From: Octopus vulgaris
Taxonomy: Eukaryota
Length of the DNA stretch: 64,000 bases
Direction: 5' to 3'
Assembly: GCA_951406725.2 (NCBI GenBank)
Contig: OX597824.1
Location: 4,402,001 to 4,466,000 of the forward strand
Shown here in pieces: positions 38,360 to 50,119 of the stretch. Within the stretch, counting starts at the first letter, position 1. Each line of letters starts with the position of its first letter. The notes below the pieces were generated by a model, which saw only the letters and a list, made by a program, of their open reading frames with translations, ran no database searches and was not told the origin of the DNA. A program made the position numbers and the translations under genes.

Positions 38360-39200
38360 CTCATCATCATCATCAATTAATGTCTGTTTTCCTTGCTGGT
38401 ATGGGTTGGCTGGTTTGACTGAAAACTGGTAAGCTGGGGAGCTGCACCAGGTTCCAGTCTGATTTGGCAAGGTTTCTACAGCTGGATGCCCTTCCTAATG
38501 CCAACCACTCCAAGAGTGCTGTGGGTGCTTTTTACATGCCACCAGCATGGGTGCCAGTTATGTAACACTGGCATCAGCCATGGCTATGATCTCACTTGGT
38601 TTGACTGGTCATCTCAAGCACGGTATACGGCTAAAGGTCTCAGTCACTCGTCACAGCCCCCCATGTGGCCCAACATTTGAACGGTGCTTTTTACGTGCCA
38701 CTGGCATGGATGGCAGTTATGCGAAACTGGCATTGGCCATGGTTACGATTTCACTTAGTTTGACAAGTCTTCTCAAGCATGGCATATAGCTCAGTATTTG
38801 AAGGGTACATTTTACATGCCACCAGCAAGGGTGCCAGTTATGCAACACTAGCATGGGCCAAGGCCATGATTTTACTTCACTTGACAGATCTTCTCAAGCA
38901 CAGCATATCACCAAAGGTCTTGGTCACTTGTCCTTGCCTCTTTGAGGCATGGGTTGGACAGTTTGACCAAAAATTGATAAGCTGGGGAGCTACACCAGGT
39001 TCCAATTTGATTTGGCTCAGTTTCTACAGTTGCATGCCCTTCCTAATGCCAACCACTCCAAGACTACAATCTCACTTGGCTTGATGGATCTTCTCAGGCA
39101 TGGCATATAATCAAAGGTCTTGGTCATTTGTCGTTCCCTCCGTCAGGCCCAATGTCTGAAGATCATGCTTCACCACTTTGTCCCATGTCTTCCTGGGTAA
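38360..39200 (-). mobile_element. RTE LINE 3' end with tandemly reiterated ORF-end/3' UTR segments
   Basis: Minus strand 39198-39070 reads PRKTWDKVVKHDLQTLGLTE..NDQDL*LYAMPEKIHQAK*. The unit tttacatgccaccagcatgggtgccagttatg...tcactt..tt.gac..gtc.tctcaagca occurs three times, plus a partial. Confidence 0.88.
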
Positions 39201-39274
39201 TGTCTTTCCTGTAATGTGCAAGAAACTATCAATATTGTTCAGTTCAGTTCACTCACATTTTTATATCTTTTATT

Positions 39275-39660
39275 TTTCCCTTCTTTCAGTCATTAGGCTG
39301 TGGCCATGCTGGGGCACCACCTTGAAGAACTTTTAGTTGAATGGATTAACCTCAGCACTTGTTTTTTTTTTTTTTAGCCTGGTACTTATTCTATCATTCT
39401 CTTTTGCCGAACTGCTAGGTTAGGGGACATAAACACACCAACACCAGCTGCCAAATGGTAGTGGAGGACAAACATAGACACAAACACACACACACACATG
39501 ACTGGCTTCTTTCAGTTTCCATCTGTCAAATCCATTCGCAAGGCTTTGGTTGGCCTGAGGCTAGAGTAGAAGACACTTGCTCAAGGTGCCACACAGTGGG
39601 ACTGAACCTGGAATCAAATGGTTATGAAGCAAACTTCTTACCACACAGCCATGCCTATGC
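39275..39660 (-). mobile_element. SINE family A variant
   Basis: Reverse complement of head and body; ggccatgctggggcaccacc tail variant. Confidence 0.85.
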
Positions 39661-39814
39661 TTATCTGAGGAAGATTTCGCAGCTATATCTTCCTTATTGA
39701 CTTCCTTATTGTCTAAGCTAAAAGAAATATTCCATCAATCAGAGTTCCAATACTACAGGGGCATATTTACTCATTTCCTACAGGGTCAATAAAATAAGCA
39801 CCAGTAATATATTT

Positions 39815-40027
39815 TTTTCTACTCTAGGTACAAGGTCCAGAATTTTTGGTGAGGAGGCCAGATGATTAGATCGCCCCCAGTACACAACTGGTACTTAATT
39901 TATCAACCCCGAAAAAATGAAAGACAAAGTCGACTTCAGCAGAATTTGAACTCAGAACGTAAAGACAGATGACATACTGCTAAGCATTTCACCTGGCCTG
40001 CTAACGTTTCTGCCAGCTCGCCGCCTT
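39815..40027 (-). mobile_element. SINE family B, full length, nested in an older B copy
   Basis: TSD accagtaat(a/g)tatt on both sides. The flanks (gggtcaataaaataagcaccag ... gatggcctagtgccaa) are pieces of a plus-strand B copy. Confidence 0.88.
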
Positions 40028-40727
40028 GGTACCAGTAATGTATTGTGATTAATTTAATTGACTCTACAACCTCCCTTACAAAAGATGGCCTAGTGCCAAG
40101 CCCCTCAAAAAATCATTATTTTGTACTCTGTGCTAGTTTGCTACTTATTCTTCTTGTTAGTGCTGCTGTTCTTTAAATGTATTGGAACTTTTTTTTTATG
40201 TTGCTTTCATTCACTTTTGTTGTCTTCTTTTTTTGCTTGTTTCAAAATATCCAATTAATCAATTAAATTAATTAAATCTTTTCTTTTATTTTCTCTTTCT
40301 TCTCTTTGTGCCACCCCCACCACAATCTATTCATCTCTGTCTGTCTGTATGTCTCACATTCTCTCTCTCTCTCTCTAAACTTTGTCCTTTTAACTTCTTT
40401 CAATTCCTTCTTTCTCTTCCTCTCTGTCTTTCCTTTTCTTCATCCATCTCCTCTTCTTTCCTTTCTCTCATCATTTTATCCTCCACCCAACCCTCTTTCC
40501 TCCCACTCTCAGCCATCTCTTGCTTTTTTCTAAGCATTCTGATTTCTTTATCCAACTCTCTTTCTCACTCTTCCCTTTCCCCCTCTTTCTCATTCTTTCT
40601 TTCTTTCTTTCACTCTTATGCCCACCCCTCCCTAATTTTCCTCTTTCCATTTTCCTTCAGCAATTTTTCCTCTCTTCTATTTCTTGATGTTTTAAAATCA
40701 AATTTTCTTTTAGTTTTGCTTTCCACC

Positions 40728-40759
<32 letters not shown>

Positions 40760-40919
40760 CATCAACAACACTGCCACCACTATCATCATCATCATCATCA
40801 TCATCGCCATTGTATTCTAAATACTCCCATCTCACAACCGAAGTTCTGGTACCCCATTCTCTTCAGTATATCATTCCATTTAAAGTATCCTGAATAAGGT
40901 TATACTTTTATCCAGTGCA

Positions 40920-41638
40920 GAAATGGTATGGAGATGCTAGTGGTGGTGGTTATAGTAGTGTTTGCTGTGATGGTGATAGTGATGGTGGTGGGTGTGGTCA
41001 TTCTGAGGGTGGGGTGGGGTTTAGCAGCATCAGTGATGGTGATGAGGGGGTGGTGGTGTTGGTGGTGGTTGTAGTGTTACTGATGAGATGATGCTTGTGG
41101 TCAATGTGATGGAAATAGTGGTGGTGGTGGTGGTGGTGGTCTTAGCAGTGTTGGTGATAGTGATAAGATGATGATTGTGGTTACTGAGGCAGCGGTGGTA
41201 GTAGTGGTTGTGGTCATTGTGGTGATGTAAATGGTGGAGGTGGTGTTTGTGGTGTGTGTGTGTGTGAGAGAGGGAGAGATCCTAGCTGTTGGTGATAGTG
41301 ACGGGGTCACAATTGCGGTCACTGTGGCAGTGATGGTGGTGGTTGTTGTTATAATAGTGATAATGTTTAGGTGGTAGCTGCAGTGGTACCGAGTGGTTCT
41401 GGTGGTAGTGATTAGACGACGGTAATGGCTTTTAGTGGTAGAGATGATGATAATGGTAGTAGTGATGATGGTTGTGATGGTGATGTAGTATTAGTGATAG
41501 TGACGGTGGTAGAAATGGTGGTATAAGATTGATGCCATGGTAGTGGTGGTGAGGCGAGTGTCGTCATGGTGATGTTGATAGCAATGGTAGAAGATGGTTA
41601 AAGTATTGCTGAGATGTTGCTGTCAGGAGTGGCAGTGG

Positions 41639-41691
<53 letters not shown>

Positions 41692-42381
41692 CATTTATGT
41701 ATGTAGTGGCAGTGTTGCTAATAATGATGATAACAGGTGAATATCTTACAAACAATGGCCAGGTTAACGATGAGGATGTGGAGGCAATTATGCTGGTGGA
41801 GGTGGTGGCGCTAGTGGTAGTGGAGATCAGTTGCAGTGGTGATTTCAGTGGTTGCAGGTAGCTGTGATGATGATGGTGATGAGGATGGTGGTGGTGGTGG
41901 TGGTGGTGGTGGTGGTGGTGGTGGTGGTGGTGGTAGTGGTGGTGGTGGTGGTGGTGGTGGTGGTGGTGGTGGTGGTGGTGGTGGTGGATGGTGGTGGTGG
42001 TGGTGGTGGTGGTGGTGGTGGTGATAAGGATGGTGGTGGTGGTGGTGATAAGGATGGTGGTGGTGGTGGTGGTGGTGATAAGGATGGTGGTGGTGGTGGT
42101 GGTGGTGGTGATAAGGATGGTGGTGGTGGTGGTGGTGGTGACAGCAGAAGTATCAATAGCTGTAGAGAATAAATGGCAGTAAATACCATTATGTGGCGGT
42201 GGGAGTGAGAGAGAGGGTGGTAGGGAGGGATATTGATGGAGGTAGGTAAGAGAGTGGAGGGAGGAATAGTGTGAGAGAAAGAGGTGGCCGAAGGTATCTA
42301 GGTAGGATATCCTGGACGGGGCAAGAATGGTTATGGGCCGAGGGAGAGGTAGAGAGAAGGGAGAACAAAAGAGAGGGAGGG

Positions 42382-42419
<38 letters not shown>

Positions 42420-43700
42420 AGGAGAGAAGGTGAGAGGGGGAGAGAGAAAAGGAAGTGAGAGAAGAAGGAAGAGGAAGTCGGAGCTGAAGGGAATGGAGTG
42501 TAACGAAATGAAACGAAAGTCAACAGAGAGAAAAATGGAACGGAATGAGAGATGAAAGTAGACTGCAGACGGAGGAGAAGACGACAACGTTGCACTTTTA
42601 AATGTGCTATTTCTGGACTCTCAGATGCACCCTTGTTCCTTCAAGCTGCAGGTAATAAATGGCTGTAATGCTAGCAGTAGTAGTAGTGGTGGTGGTGGTG
42701 GTAGTGGTGGTAGTAGTGGTGGTAGTAGTGGTAGTGGTGGTAGTAGTGGTGGTAGTGGTAGTGGTGGTAGTAGTAGCAACAGCAGCAGTGGTGGTAGTAG
42801 TAGTAATAGTTATGGCAGTAACAACAGCACCGGCAGAAACAGAAGCTGCAGCGGTAACAACAATGGTGGTACCTCAGTTGATAGGGACAGAAGTGGTGGT
42901 GGTGGTGGTAGTGGTGGAGATGGTGGTGGTGGTAGTGGTGGTGGTAGTGGTGGTGGTGGTGGTGGTGGTGGTGGTGGTGGTGGTGGTAGTGGTGGTGGTG
43001 GTGGTGGTGGTGGTGGTGGTGGTGGTGGTGGTAGTGGTGGTGGTGGTGGTGGAAGTGGTGGTGGTGGTGGTGGTGGTGGTGGTGGTGGTGGTGGTGGTGG
43101 TGGTGGTGGTGGTGGTGGTGGTGGTGGTGTGGTGGTAGTGGTGGTGGTAGTGGTGGTTGTGGTGGTGGTGTTAGTGTTGGTAGTGGTGGAAGTGGTGGTA
43201 GTGGTGGTGTTAATGGTGGTGGAAGTGTTGGTGGTAGTGGTGGTGGTGGTGGTCATGACACTAGCCTTGTTGTTGTTATTTAGCCCCATGCCAATTCTGA
43301 TTGAGCAGACCTTATCATCAAAAGCATTCCAGTTATGGCCATCCCTTCCTTTTCTTAAATGCTGGAAAAAACAAGACCACATTATCTAAAGAATCCATTT
43401 TTTAAAGACAGTATGGTGTCATTTGAAGGGTATTTTGCCGCTATTTCTAGCAGGCCGAGTGACCATGTAGAGGAACCCCCGAAGTTGCTGGCGGTGACGG
43501 TTGGTGATGAAAATATTGATGGTGATAATGGTGGTATTGATGATAAAATGGTGATAAAAATTCTGATGGTGATTGGCAATAACAGCGTTAATGGAGGAGA
43601 AGGTGATGCGCTGATGGTGGTGGTGGTGGTGGTGGTGGTGGTGGTGGTGGTGGTGGCAGTGGTGGTGGTGATGGCAGTGGTGTGAGAGCACTTAATCGAA
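40920..43700. repeat. GGT/GAT/AGT trinucleotide low-complexity domain
   Basis: Long (GGT)n at 41885-42140, 42685-43255 and 43615-43680; (GAT)n at 41640-41690; a four-fold ggtgataaggat minisatellite at 42020-42120. Confidence 0.95.
43268..43485 (-). mobile_element. Family D repeat
   Basis: ttgttgttatttagcccc...gattgagcagacc..atcaaaagcattccag.tatggccatccc...gctatttctagcagg. Confidence 0.75.
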
Positions 43701-45374
43701 AAACAGCAACCTCCATAAAGGCAACAGCTGAAGTAGCACCTAGATTATCATCACCCATAGCAACAGCAACAGCTGGAGCAAAACGTACAACAATAACCTG
43801 TTATAGTAACAACAACAACAACAACAGCAGCAGCAACAGCAGCAGCAGCAATGACAGCAGCCGTAATATCAATAAGCATTAGAATAACAGACCACACGAC
43901 TAAGAGGAATTACTTATGGCAACTTTGAGGAATAACACCTCACAATGTTACAATAGTGTAGAGGCTAATGAGGGAGTGTATACACACAGACGCTCAACGT
44001 GCTAAAAATAGCAGCTAATTATTTATTATATCTTTAAAAAAATATGTGGAAGGATATATATAGAGTATGATGTAGGCTGTTACAAACCATATTTGGAAAA
44101 GCAGGATGGTTGTGTCTAAAATGTTTTTAACCACGAGCCCGTGGACCTGGGACTAAGAAACAACAACATCAACAACAACAGACATCAAAACAAAACTCAA
44201 CAACAAAATGTGAATATAAAAAAAAAAAAACAATAAAAAAATACCTACAAGAGATGAGAAAGAAGACATAAAAGAGAAAGAATCTGATCCAGCAGGTGAG
44301 ACAGGTGAGAACGGTAAGGTAGAGAAAGAAGAATCAGGAATCTTCTTGTAGGACACTTCCGAGAGGCAAGGAAAGAGAAATAAAGGATAAGGATAGGGTG
44401 GATAATTAAGACCGAAATCCTGTGAGTAGCGTGTTCTTTAGTCCCAAATCAACTCTCAGCAAGCAGGAATATGATTAAAGACACTCTAACCATAACCATC
44501 CCATCTTAGTTATCTAGGATGCTGCTTTTTCTACAAGCCCGTTGCAAAAGCGGATGGAATCACAATCTTTTATTGCACATTCTTCACATTTACAGATTAA
44601 AATGTTGATTACCTGTCTTGACCAGGTATATTTATTGTCACATGCAGATCTGAATAGGGTTTATTTAATGGTTGCATGAAATTTCACTTCAAGAAAATAT
44701 ATTCGTGCTATTTGATATTTACGAAAACAAGAGTACATCATCTTCCTTGATGGATTTGGAAATAATGATCCAGAACTACATTATTTAAAGCATCCGTCTT
44801 TTCCTAAGATGGAATTGTATGATATGAGGTAACTCAGCAGCTATGTTTAGCAGGTCAAACAATCACATAGAGAATTGTATGAGTAATGTGCACAGAGAGA
44901 AGAAACAAACAGGAGCATAAAGGAGAAGAAAGAGAGAAGGAGAGAGAGATAGCAAAAATGGAGGACAAATGCACACACAAAACTTTAAAAAAAAGGGGAC
45001 AGACAATAGACAGGTTAACAAAGCAAGGACTAAGAAGGAACAGGAAAAGGGGTCACTTAATCAACCTGTCTAGTTATCTGCTAACCTGTCAAGAAGCAAT
45101 CATTACACAGAAGTTATTCATATGTTTAGACATGATGTATACAAATATGTATATGTGTGTGTGTATACGCACACAAGGATAAAAGGGAAAGATATAAAAG
45201 ATTTGACACAGTGTGTGTTTGTGTATGTGTGTGTGTGTGTGTTTTATGCCCAACACTGCATAAATCGGAAGACCTTAAATAAATTTAAACCACAGAAAGC
45301 TTTATTGTGGGTTTGGTAAGAACGTGAACACGTCTTTTCTTTGCAACTGATGTGTAGAAAAAGGAGGGAGAGAG

Positions 45375-45422
45375 TCTTCTGACAAACCATTTCATCAATT
45401 GTTGACCTCTCATCAGGGAAGA
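45375..45422 (-). ncRNA. Type I hammerhead-ribozyme-like motif in a PLE-type end
   Basis: Minus strand: TCTTCC-CTGATGA-gag-GTCAA-caa-TTGAT-GAAA-tggttt-GTC-AGAAGA, with AATAAA about 70 nt downstream. Confidence 0.6.
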
Positions 45423-45864
45423 AGGATCCAGCTTTCCCAATGAATAGGTCAGTTGCTGTGTAAAGCAGTTTTGAATCAGGCTAGCACTATGATGGGTTTT
45501 ACACCAAGTCTTTCAAATGTTTAAATTTATTTCAGTTCTTCTGATTTACACTGTGGTGTGCATAAAATAGATATTGTTTAATTAATAACGAACTGTCAAA
45601 AGCACAGAGGTGCATATAAGGCTATTCATGATGGGGCTGGCCTACTTTATGAACCCTGTGTGTAGCAGCTGACCTACGTCATTGATTGTGGAAGGAAGCC
45701 AAATATGTATTCTCTGAGGAACAGTTAACGAACTGTGAAACAGTCCCTCAAGAGACTCTCTCTCTCTCTTTCACATTTGAATATCATAGAAATAATGTGC
45801 CTTCATTGTCATCTAAACCACTGAAGTTTTGTAATGTTGAGGTGTGTGTGTGTGTGTGTATGTG

Positions 45865-46315
45865 CCATGGCATTCAGGCTAAATTTAGAGATATTTTTAT
45901 GCTTCCTTTCTTCAGGAAGAACCTGATGTACTGGTGAACAGCCAACAGCGTTAGAAAGCATAAAGATTAAGGTTGTAGATGACAAAAAAACTTAGCTGAC
46001 AAAGAGGACTGGGAGCCATCTGAATATTGAAAAAGAGTTATCTGTATCATGATGATTCACACCAGGTACCAAAAAGCCAACATCATGACTGCTGCTCCTC
46101 AATGTTCTGTGGACACTGTAAAGGTTGTAAGGCATGACATGGACAGCAGCAACTGAGACTACAAAGCCATGACCAGCAGGAAGGGACACAACAAATGCTC
46201 TGACTGCTTCTGCATGCCAGTATTCCTCTAACAACATACAAATATAAAAACTTTTTATAGTATACTATAAAAAGAGACAAATCTCCTGAAAAAATTCAAT
46301 CTGAAGACTCCACTA
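45865..46315 (+). mobile_element. Tc1/mariner-superfamily non-autonomous element with transposase N-terminal relic
   Basis: WEPSEY*KRVICIMMIHTRYQKANIMTAAPQCSVDTVKVVRHDMDSSN*DYKAMTSRKGHNKCSDC is HTH-like. Decayed TIR-like ends ttcaggctaaattt / aaattcaatctgaa. Confidence 0.55.
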
Positions 46316-46361
46316 GAGTGGACACAAGTATTAATACATGATTTATAAAACATGTGACATA

Positions 46362-46500
46362 TTAGTAGCTTGCTTACCAACTACATTGTTCCAGGTTCAG
46401 TCCCACTGCATGGCACCTTGGGCAAATATCTTCTACTATAGCCTCGGGCCGACCAAAGCCTTGTGAATGGATTTGAGAGACGGAAACCGAAAGAAGTCTG

Positions 46501-46550
<50 letters not shown>

Positions 46551-46750
46551 TTATGTGTCTGTTTGTCCCCGCCATCACTTGACAATTGATGTTGGTGTGT
46601 TTACATCCCCATAACATAGCAATTTAGCAAAAGAGACTGATACAATAAGTACTACATTTACAAAGAATAAGTTCTAGGGTCAAATTGTTTGACTAAAGGT
46701 GGTGCTCCAGCATGGCCACAGTCAAATGACTGAAACAAAAATAAAAGAAT
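46362..46750 (+). mobile_element. SINE family A
   Basis: Head, CORE-like part, (TA)n and 3' domain present. Confidence 0.9.
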
Positions 46751-47336
46751 ATACATTTATGGTAGAACTTCTTTCAGTCTCCATTTATGAGATCCAATCA
46801 CAAGAGTTGACAGCCCAATGCCATAGAATTGCCACTGTTATGTTACTAGCTTCATGTTATGTTACTGCAGAGCCCTAGATTTCCAACAGTGGGACTGAAT
46901 CGAAGATTAGTGGATGAAAAGCATGTCTGTGCATATGTGTGTGCATGTATGCATGCATGTGCATGCGTGCATGCATGTGTATGGGTTTGCGTGTATATGT
47001 GTGTGCATTGTGAAGCCATGTTGTTATGGAGTTTGGGTTTGTCTCCACTTTACACTACTTTGCCTAAGTGCCTTTGACCATAGCTTTAGATCGATCCCAT
47101 ACTTTGTGAATATAAGCGACTCATAAGAAATTGTGCTAAAGCTTCTAAGATTTAAGGTACCTTTGACTCAAGGTTCCACCCTTGTCAAACACATTGTTGA
47201 GTTGACAAAATGATTCTGCCCAAGGATTAGGAACAATTATCTGAGAAATACCTAGCCACTTATATTATAATTCAATGAGCATGTAGTGTCATTGATCTAA
47301 GAACTGGAACACTTGCTCTTCAAAGATATAGAAAGG

Positions 47337-47802
47337 ATCATCATTATCAATTAACGTCTGTTTTCCATGCTGGCATGGGTTGGACAGTTTGACTGAAGTC
47401 TGGAGAGCTTGTGGCTGGACCAGGCTCCAATCTGATCTGGCAGAGTTTCTACAGCTGGATGCCTTCCTAATGCCATCCACTCCGAGAGTGTTGTGGGTGC
47501 TTTTTATGTGCCATCGGCACAGGAGCCAGTAAGGCAGGCCTGGCAATGATCACGTTCAGATGGTGCTTTTTAAGTGCTACTGGCACAGGAACCAATAAGG
47601 GGGTACTGGTGCCAATCACGATCAGTTGGTGCTTTTTACATGCCATCGGCACCAGATCCAGTAAAGCAGGCCTGAAAATGAACACATTCGGATGGTGCAT
47701 TTTAAATACCACCAGCACAGGAGCTAGTCAGTGGGTACTGGCATTGGTCACGATCGGTTGGTGCTTTTTACATGCCATCCGCCACAGGAGCCAGTCAGGC
47801 GT
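47337..47802 (-). mobile_element. RTE 3' UTR (family C) with 66-bp tandem hairpin array
   Basis: Family C tail followed by about 4.6 units starting gtgc(t/a)ttt(t)a at ~66-bp spacing from 47497. Confidence 0.88.
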
Positions 47803-47814
47803 AATCTGTCATAT

Positions 47815-48095
47815 ATATATTAGCTTATGTATATCATGTGATCATGTGACTAACCAGACTATCAGATGTTGTTACACATCATTAGTCACAAAGCACTTTG
47901 AATCGTTTTCACCTGTGAATAATGCCACCTCGCTGGCCAGGTGAGCAGATCAATATTTCATTTGATGGAAAGGAAGTCTGGAGCAACATGAAGTGTTTTG
48001 CTCCAGAACACAATGTGCTACCTGGTCTGAGATTTGAAGCCATGATTGAGCCATCACGAGTACAACAAGCTAACCAGATGGCCATGTGCTTTCAT
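47815..48095 (-). mobile_element. tRNA-derived SINE (head related to 25370)
   Basis: Minus strand gcacatggccatctggttag...ggcttcaaatctc...ttgtgttctggagcaaaacacttcat. Confidence 0.65.
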
Positions 48096-48107
48096 TTAAA
48101 TATATAT

Positions 48108-48334
48108 TCTTTTATTTGTTTCAGTCATTTGACTGCAGCCATCCTGGAGCACCACCTCTAGTCAAACAAATCAACTATTTTTTGTAAGCCTAGTACTTAT
48201 TCTATCAGTCCCTTTTGCCAAACTGCTAAGTTACGGGGATGTAAACACTCCAACATCGGTTGTCAAGCAATGGTGGTGGGGGGACAAACATAGACACACA
48301 AACATATACATACATACATACATACATACATACA

Positions 48335-48370
<36 letters not shown>

Positions 48371-48690
48371 TATATACTTAGCACGAAGCTTTAAGGATGC
48401 AGAGAGCATCAACCTATTCAGAGATGAGAGTTAAGATCTCATTTGAGAGCTAAGCTCTCATTTCTGAATAGGTTGATGATTTTTGCTTTTATATATATAT
48501 ATGACGGGCATCTTTCAGTTTCTGTCTACCAAATCCACTCACAAGGCTTTGGTCAGCTTGAGACTAAATCAGAAGACACTCGCCCAAGGTGCCATGTAGT
48601 GGGACTGAACCTGGAACCATGTGGTTGGGAAGCAAGCTACTTACCACACAGCCACTCCTGCACCTTACTCACTGCACAGCCACTCCTGTG
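48108..48690 (-). mobile_element. SINE family A interrupted in its microsatellite by a hairpin insert
   Basis: 3' half 48108-48365, insert 48378-48490, 5' half 48500-48690. Confidence 0.88.
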
Positions 48691-49489
48691 CCTTTATATA
48701 TATATTGGTTTTATTCCACAAAAGCATGTTAAGAAGCTCTCATTTATCTACTTTTGTCATAAGGAACAAGATGAATGCAGGGAGAATAGAACACTGAAAA
48801 TGCATTTTAGAAGGATATCATAATGACTATTATGAGTGACACAAGATTGCTAATTTGTGTAGCAGACTTAACGCTGTCAGATGCTCCTTCAGTAATCCCT
48901 AAAAAGATGAAAAGTAAACTGATCCCAGTGGGATTTGAACCCAAAACTTAGATGAACTTTGATACTGATAAGCATTTTTAGTCTAAATACAGACTCCATA
49001 TCTTTGATTCCCCATCCTTTGTATGGTGACAAAAATCATCCATATAAGATTTGGTTTTTTGAAGTACAGGGCCAGTGGAAGAATAAGAACAAGGTTGGTT
49101 ATAACAAGATTCTAATTCTCAGAACACAGAGAGTGAAACCAAATCAAAGCAATCAGTGCAGTGCTTTGTTTCTGCCACATCAAGGTAACAGGTGAAATTA
49201 GAAATATCTTACCTTCCTCCTAAAATCTTTTAGACAAACTCAGTAAATATGGTCAAATCTAGCATGAGCAAATGGGTCTGCACAAACGATGTGATTCGGT
49301 TGTTGGTCAGCTGAAGTATGAGTTTCTGGCTCATCTCAGTAGGTCTGTGGAGTTCTCTTCCTGTGTGGACCACACTAGAATAAAACCAATATCATAACTT
49401 TACTAATTCGAAGAAAGAAACACAAAAATTTTATTGGAAATGCAGTGTTATTCTTATATAATCATTTTTTAATATATTTTTATTGTTTC

Positions 49490-49975
49490 TCTTCAGCCTC
49501 TCAAGATCTGGTGTTTAATGAAGCTCAAGAAAACAGTATTCATTCTCAACATGGACACAGTAACTACAAATTCTGGAGAAGTCAATATGAATTGTGGAAT
49601 CGTCCTAAGAGATTTATTATCTGCTTTGTTAGTCTGTTTAGAACAATTCTCTGAAGTAAATCCTGAATGAAACAAATTATGGATAGAAGGTGTATTGAAA
49701 AAACCATAACCATCTTCTCTATGTGGATAACTTTCAAAACAAGTCTTTGAAAATGTTTAAGAAATTGAGTAAATAGAAGGACATGGAGATAGAAGTCAGA
49801 AGAATACAGAATCCTAAAGCAACAGCAATAATCATTGTTATTGGGGCACTTGGAATGATTTCAAAAACGGCAAACAAATGTCGACCAAATCCCTGGCAAC
49901 CCCCAAATAAGTGAATTGCAAAAGATCATGCTTAGGGGTATCTTATATAGTTTATGTAAATTCATCTCCATATAA
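49490..49975 (+). mobile_element. Internally deleted R4/Dong-clade LINE relic
   Basis: VNMNCGIVLRDLLSALLVCL (~GIFQGDSLSPLLFCL) and NHLLYVDN (~HLLYMDD) are joined to KLSK*KDMEIEV..IVIGALGMI..IPGNPQISELQKI. Confidence 0.75.
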
Positions 49976-50119
49976 AACTACAGTTTTATTCATTCAGTTT
50001 TATTATAAATTTTATAATCAGTCTTTTGTTTTGTTTTTTTTTCTTTACAACTTCACCTGGCACTTCACCTGCTTGCCTCTTTCGATGCTGAAACTTGTCC
50101 CTTTGACATCTCTGTTTGA

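Noticed and set aside
41564-43389. Long ORFs (343, 261 and 190 aa) rich in His/Thr/Gly/Val/Pro
   Set aside because: They are translations of (GGT)n, (GAT)n and (GA)n tracts, open in several frames on both strands, with no domain or splice structure.
47497-47802. CRISPR-like periodic array; units contain GGTGCTTTTT as in a tracrRNA end
   Set aside because: The supposed spacers are homologous to each other, there are no cas genes, and the array is part of an RTE 3' UTR in a eukaryote.
49213-49374. Candidate 162-bp minus-strand exon (ttttattctag ... gaag|gtaaga)
   Set aside because: All three frames contain stops. It may be a transposase relic or a non-coding exon, but I cannot support either.
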